A program made the translations under genes and the position numbers. Shown in pieces: positions 23,401 through 25,662 of a DNA stretch of 25,662 nt. The notes beneath the pieces were generated by a model. That model was not told the DNA's origin, did no database searches, and saw only the letters and a program-made list of their open reading frames with translations. Source of the DNA: a virus (taxonomy: Duplodnaviria; Caudoviricetes); IMG/VR virus record IMGVR_UViG_3300049731_000149, positions 1 through 25,662 of that record; one strand, written 5' to 3'. Every line of letters begins with the position of its first letter. Positions within the stretch are counted from its first letter, which is position 1.

Positions 23401-25662
23401 CGGCTGAACCACGTCCCATCGCGCCGTTGCGGGCCTTGCCAGAAGACGCATCGGTCGCCGATATGCAACGGATGGCGGTGCAGCGTGCCGCCGACAACTT
23501 CGGCGCGGTCAGTTTCCCCGTGGAGGAAGTACAGCAGAAGGCCGTCCAGCGGATGGCCGATTTGCTCGACCAGCGCGGACAAACAGCCGCGCGGGGCTTC
23601 GTCCCAGACGTCGAACCCACGACCTCAAACATTCCCGCCACACTACGCCAGTTACGTTTCGATGATCCAGCCCTGCGTCAATTACACGTCGGGTACGTGA
23701 TGGGCGACCGCGAGGCGCGTGAACAATTGGTCGATGCTGTACGTCGCGACCCGAACATTGCCGCTCGATTTCAAGACCAGATCCGACAGGCATTCGGTGA
23801 TGAATTCACCGTCTACCGTGGGGCGACATCGGAACCGAACAGGCCATCGGCATTCACCCTGGACCGGAACATCGCTGAAGGGTTCGCACAGACGGAAGCC
23901 GAGGCGACGGGCAAGCCTGGACGCGTCTTTAGCTTCAAAGCCACACCTGAAGCGGTCCTGTTCCCCGGCGAGTACACCCAATCAGAACTCGTCATCGACC
24001 CGACACTGTTGCGAACGCGAACAGGAGAAGCCGGATTCGTCAGCCCACGCCTGGGCGCATCACTCGGTGGCGGCGTCGTGGGCGCGACCGCGGGCGGTGC
24101 GACTGGTGCCGCCACCGCTGATGAAGACGCCACCCCCGAAGAACGGCTCGCGCGATTCTTTGCCGGCGCAGCCACGGGCGCAGCGGCCGGCGCGGGTGGG
24201 GCGGCCACCTTAGCGAAGTTCCTGTCGCGCGGTGCACCACGCACGGCCATCGAAGCGGCGCGCACGCGAGGCGTCAGCCAGGAAGAAATCACCGACACGC
24301 TCAAAGGCATCACGCGCGAACAGCAACTGAAAGGGTTGCCGGCCATCGGTGGGCGAGCTCGCGCGAAAGACACGGTGGTCGAATTCACCGGCGAACGACC
24401 GGTGCCACCGACCCAACCGATGCCGAAGGAGCAACGCGAAACGTGGTTGAGAATCGAAAAATTCCCACAGGCATTGCAGCAGCCCTTGAAAGAGCTAGGC
24501 GACTCCATCGGTGAACTGCAACTGGAACAGCAGCGCCGCGGTCGGCAATCCCTCGAGCGTCGAGACGCGCTGGCCGAGCAACTCCGTGTCAACGCCAGTA
24601 AGGTGCTCAAACCGGGAACCACCCTGAACTCGGAGGAAACGCGCGCCTACACCAACGCACTCGCCGCCGTCGTCCACGAATCGCAGGAGGCGAAGGCCCG
24701 CTACGACGCGACCGGCAATTACGAGGATGGGCATCGCGCCGTGCAACTCGACGCCGCGCGGGCGGCCTTGCTCTCGTCCGTCGTTGGCGCGCGGAGTGAG
24801 GCGGGCCGCTCACTCGCCGCGTGGCGGGCCCTGGTCAACGTCATGCCGGCGGAAGTGCGACTCGCCAGTGAATTCATGTCGCGTGGTCGGCTGCGCGCGT
24901 CGATGGATGAAGTCTCGGAACGCCTGGGGCAGATTCCCAAAGACCCGACCGAAGCCGTGAAGTATCTCGCCCAGATGGAAAAGCAGGGATGGGGCGAGTC
25001 CGCGTTCAATTACTACATGGCGAACATCCTGTCGGGCATCAAAACCCACGAACGCAACGTGTTGGGCAACGCGTTCAACACCATCTCGCGATTCGCCATC
25101 AAAGGCACGACCGCCGCTCCGGTCGATCTGGTGAAATCCATGCTCACCGGCAAGCCGCGTGAAGTCTTCGCCGGCGAAAGCGCGCAGGAAGCCGCGGGCG
25201 CGTATGCCGCGGCCGGTTCCGCGATCCGCGATGCGTTCGACACGATGCGACACGGCTTCTCTCCGAAGGCCCTGGAAGAAGGACTAGCCGGCATTACCCC
25301 GCTCTATATCCCCAAGAAAGAATTCGTCGGTGGCGCGGCCAACCCGTTCAATCTGGTCGGTCGCACCCTCGAGGCCGGCGACCGCTTTTTCGTGACCCTC
25401 AATCGCGGGGCGGAACTCTACGGACAAAGCTATGCCATCGCCAGGAAGGAAGGACTCGCCCGCCAGCTGAAAGGCCGCGCGCTACAAGACTACGTGGCGT
25501 CGCGCTCTGTCGACCTTCGCGCCAACCCAGGCGAGGAGTTACAGCGGTCGACGTTGAAGGCCGCCGAAAAATCCGCGTATCGCGAAGACCCTGGTCCGCT
25601 AGCCAATCAAATCATTGCGCTGAAGAAACACGTCCCCGCGATGGGATTCGTGGTGCCGTTTG
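20457..25662 (+). CDS. Giant polyvalent internal virion/DNA-transfer protein (>1735 aa, truncated by the window; not in the ORF track): glycine zippers, ParB-like domain, ART-like domain, helical core
   Basis: Manual translation of frame 3 from ATG 20457 (TAATG overlap) found no stop. DPTTYQFK...VEQWDP...MVADGHQR (ParB-like); VYRG / SAFT...FA / QSE (ART-like); SEAGRSL, YYMANILSGIKTHERNVLGN, AGDRFF, VVPF helical core. Confidence 0.88.
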   Translation, partial: MPYRDPFRDIDFDFDDAVRRLRASRRPGPPAGDVDFDIDSAVRDLRAGRLKAPPNPAGPDEPDDDRSWGDTAIATAARVVPSIAGGVAGAALGNVPGAAIGGAAGGAFGEWLAEEYEKARGLRKEVDPRSVAVEAALGAVPLGKTASWGRAALKGAGMGVTGSTAHSVVERGELPSLEEAALSAGFGGVFGGGIHAAADRFGRFLSGRRAPAADLPAGTPGGPQGPVDFPDARTSQTYQDTLAMRTADQDAARAMAVARARGMVDPQTGEVTRPQGSGFLDYEDWDAEFRSEQRRPSVSPESGTRMFEPPPPDAPLGQLQPRPLTGLQRYLQEDAAIQADVRERGHVFPPGPRQPDRFDLATVPPVEASVPRSILEAEVPPIPPWEEVDPRRALPAEAAMQALIPSRYLRPGSQAARRRENEALAEFLRVNLTRPDVPPSPPSGPAPEAPPRPPTMTVPRIEGYHKLGGRLLPIYEVSGDDVTLDPTTYQFKESDVRGRTGALKGVEQWDPTAGSSKPIILHKRADGRLMVADGHQRVNKWQELKAAGADLPPLRAIVLDEAEGFDVAQVRRISSLQNIREGSGEPTDIAKLLRTGQLSQQEAATMPRGSVAGPKLAQGESLATLSDQAFQAVINKEVPSQWGAMVARSRATPEQQLSVIRALAKADIGNDVEADAFVKALLSDDFEQVTMRDMFGESTQAVSLAENIAKIVGKVNARLAREKRAFGKVVKEASVLKGAGNVLAEEENVARAGKAQSALEQFELLKDQKGTHTREAMKALAARMVRGEATLNQAVDEILPALQRDAQGEPFTLRAPTEAQPTAAAAAVEEPTGPTRAELEAEGQGSMFGEEPPAPLDFDAAKNKQVHRQLTEGMGRLTDDEIRYLDSFDEFGKPLSRADRGDESGFVRTQLGGRLAGGVTGGVLGGTAGVATADEEATPQERLGRFLAGAAAGGIAGAAGGGRVARALTRETGEAIERRAGTAEPRPIAPLRALPEDASVADMQRMAVQRAADNFGAVSFPVEEVQQKAVQRMADLLDQRGQTAARGFVPDVEPTTSNIPATLRQLRFDDPALRQLHVGYVMGDREAREQLVDAVRRDPNIAARFQDQIRQAFGDEFTVYRGATSEPNRPSAFTLDRNIAEGFAQTEAEATGKPGRVFSFKATPEAVLFPGEYTQSELVIDPTLLRTRTGEAGFVSPRLGASLGGGVVGATAGGATGAATADEDATPEERLARFFAGAATGAAAGAGGAATLAKFLSRGAPRTAIEAARTRGVSQEEITDTLKGITREQQLKGLPAIGGRARAKDTVVEFTGERPVPPTQPMPKEQRETWLRIEKFPQALQQPLKELGDSIGELQLEQQRRGRQSLERRDALAEQLRVNASKVLKPGTTLNSEETRAYTNALAAVVHESQEAKARYDATGNYEDGHRAVQLDAARAALLSSVVGARSEAGRSLAAWRALVNVMPAEVRLASEFMSRGRLRASMDEVSERLGQIPKDPTEAVKYLAQMEKQGWGESAFNYYMANILSGIKTHERNVLGNAFNTISRFAIKGTTAAPVDLVKSMLTGKPREVFAGESAQEAAGAYAAAGSAIRDAFDTMRHGFSPKALEEGLAGITPLYIPKKEFVGGAANPFNLVGRTLEAGDRFFVTLNRGAELYGQSYAIARKEGLARQLKGRALQDYVASRSVDLRANPGEELQRSTLKAAEKSAYREDPGPLANQIIALKKHVPAMGFVVPF
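23163..23340 (+). repeat. Glycine-zipper hairpin repeat, copy 1
   Basis: ESGFVRTQLGGRLAGGVTGGVLGGTAGVATADEEATPQERLGRFLAGAAAGGIAGAAGG; DNA similarity to copy 2 (gccaccgccgatgaagaagccactccgcaagaacg). Confidence 0.85.
24027..24204 (+). repeat. Glycine-zipper hairpin repeat, copy 2
   Basis: EAGFVSPRLGASLGGGVVGATAGGATGAATADEDATPEERLARFFAGAATGAAAGAGGA; DNA gccaccgctgatgaagacgccacccccgaagaacg. Confidence 0.85.

Larger units (their letters stand above)
1..25662 (+). mobile_element. Tailed phage/prophage packaging, head, short-tail and ejection protein module (podovirus-like)
   Basis: Co-oriented, tightly coupled genes in the order terminase-portal-scaffold-capsid-adaptor-nozzle-fibre-ejection proteins. 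No tail tube, sheath or tape-measure gene recognisable; no host genes in the window. Confidence 0.95.

Noticed and set aside
1-25662. Stop-codon reassignment or inteins
   Set aside because: Core genes have normal lengths in the standard code, TAG/TGA/TAA all end genes next to new RBS/starts, and no intein splice motifs were seen in TerL or portal.

Overview
GC-rich, entirely + strand virion-morphogenesis operon of a tailed dsDNA phage or prophage with podovirus-like (P22/T7-type short tail) organisation. Gene order: end of a probable small terminase, TerL, portal with a zinc-ribbon insert, scaffold, major capsid protein, several beta-sandwich accessory virion proteins, head-tail adaptor, a cassette of signal-peptide/Fn3-like proteins, a split tail nozzle, collagen-like fibre, Gly/Pro-rich ejection proteins and a >1735-aa polyvalent internal protein. 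That last gene (20457 to the window end) is missing from the supplied ORF track. Most notable: (1) the nozzle N-terminal module is detached and duplicated, one copy bare and one fused to a 7-repeat Asp-box propeller; (2) the giant protein carries a ParB-like domain and an R-S-E ADP-ribosyltransferase-like domain bracketed by duplicated glycine-zipper repeats; (3) apparently exported Fn3-like proteins sit in the tail cluster, with a candidate -1 frameshift; (4) a pseudoknot-capable intergenic RNA at about 9490-9600; (5) an NrdR-box-like operator inside the head-gene promoter. All calls come from motif reading and synteny; no searches were run.
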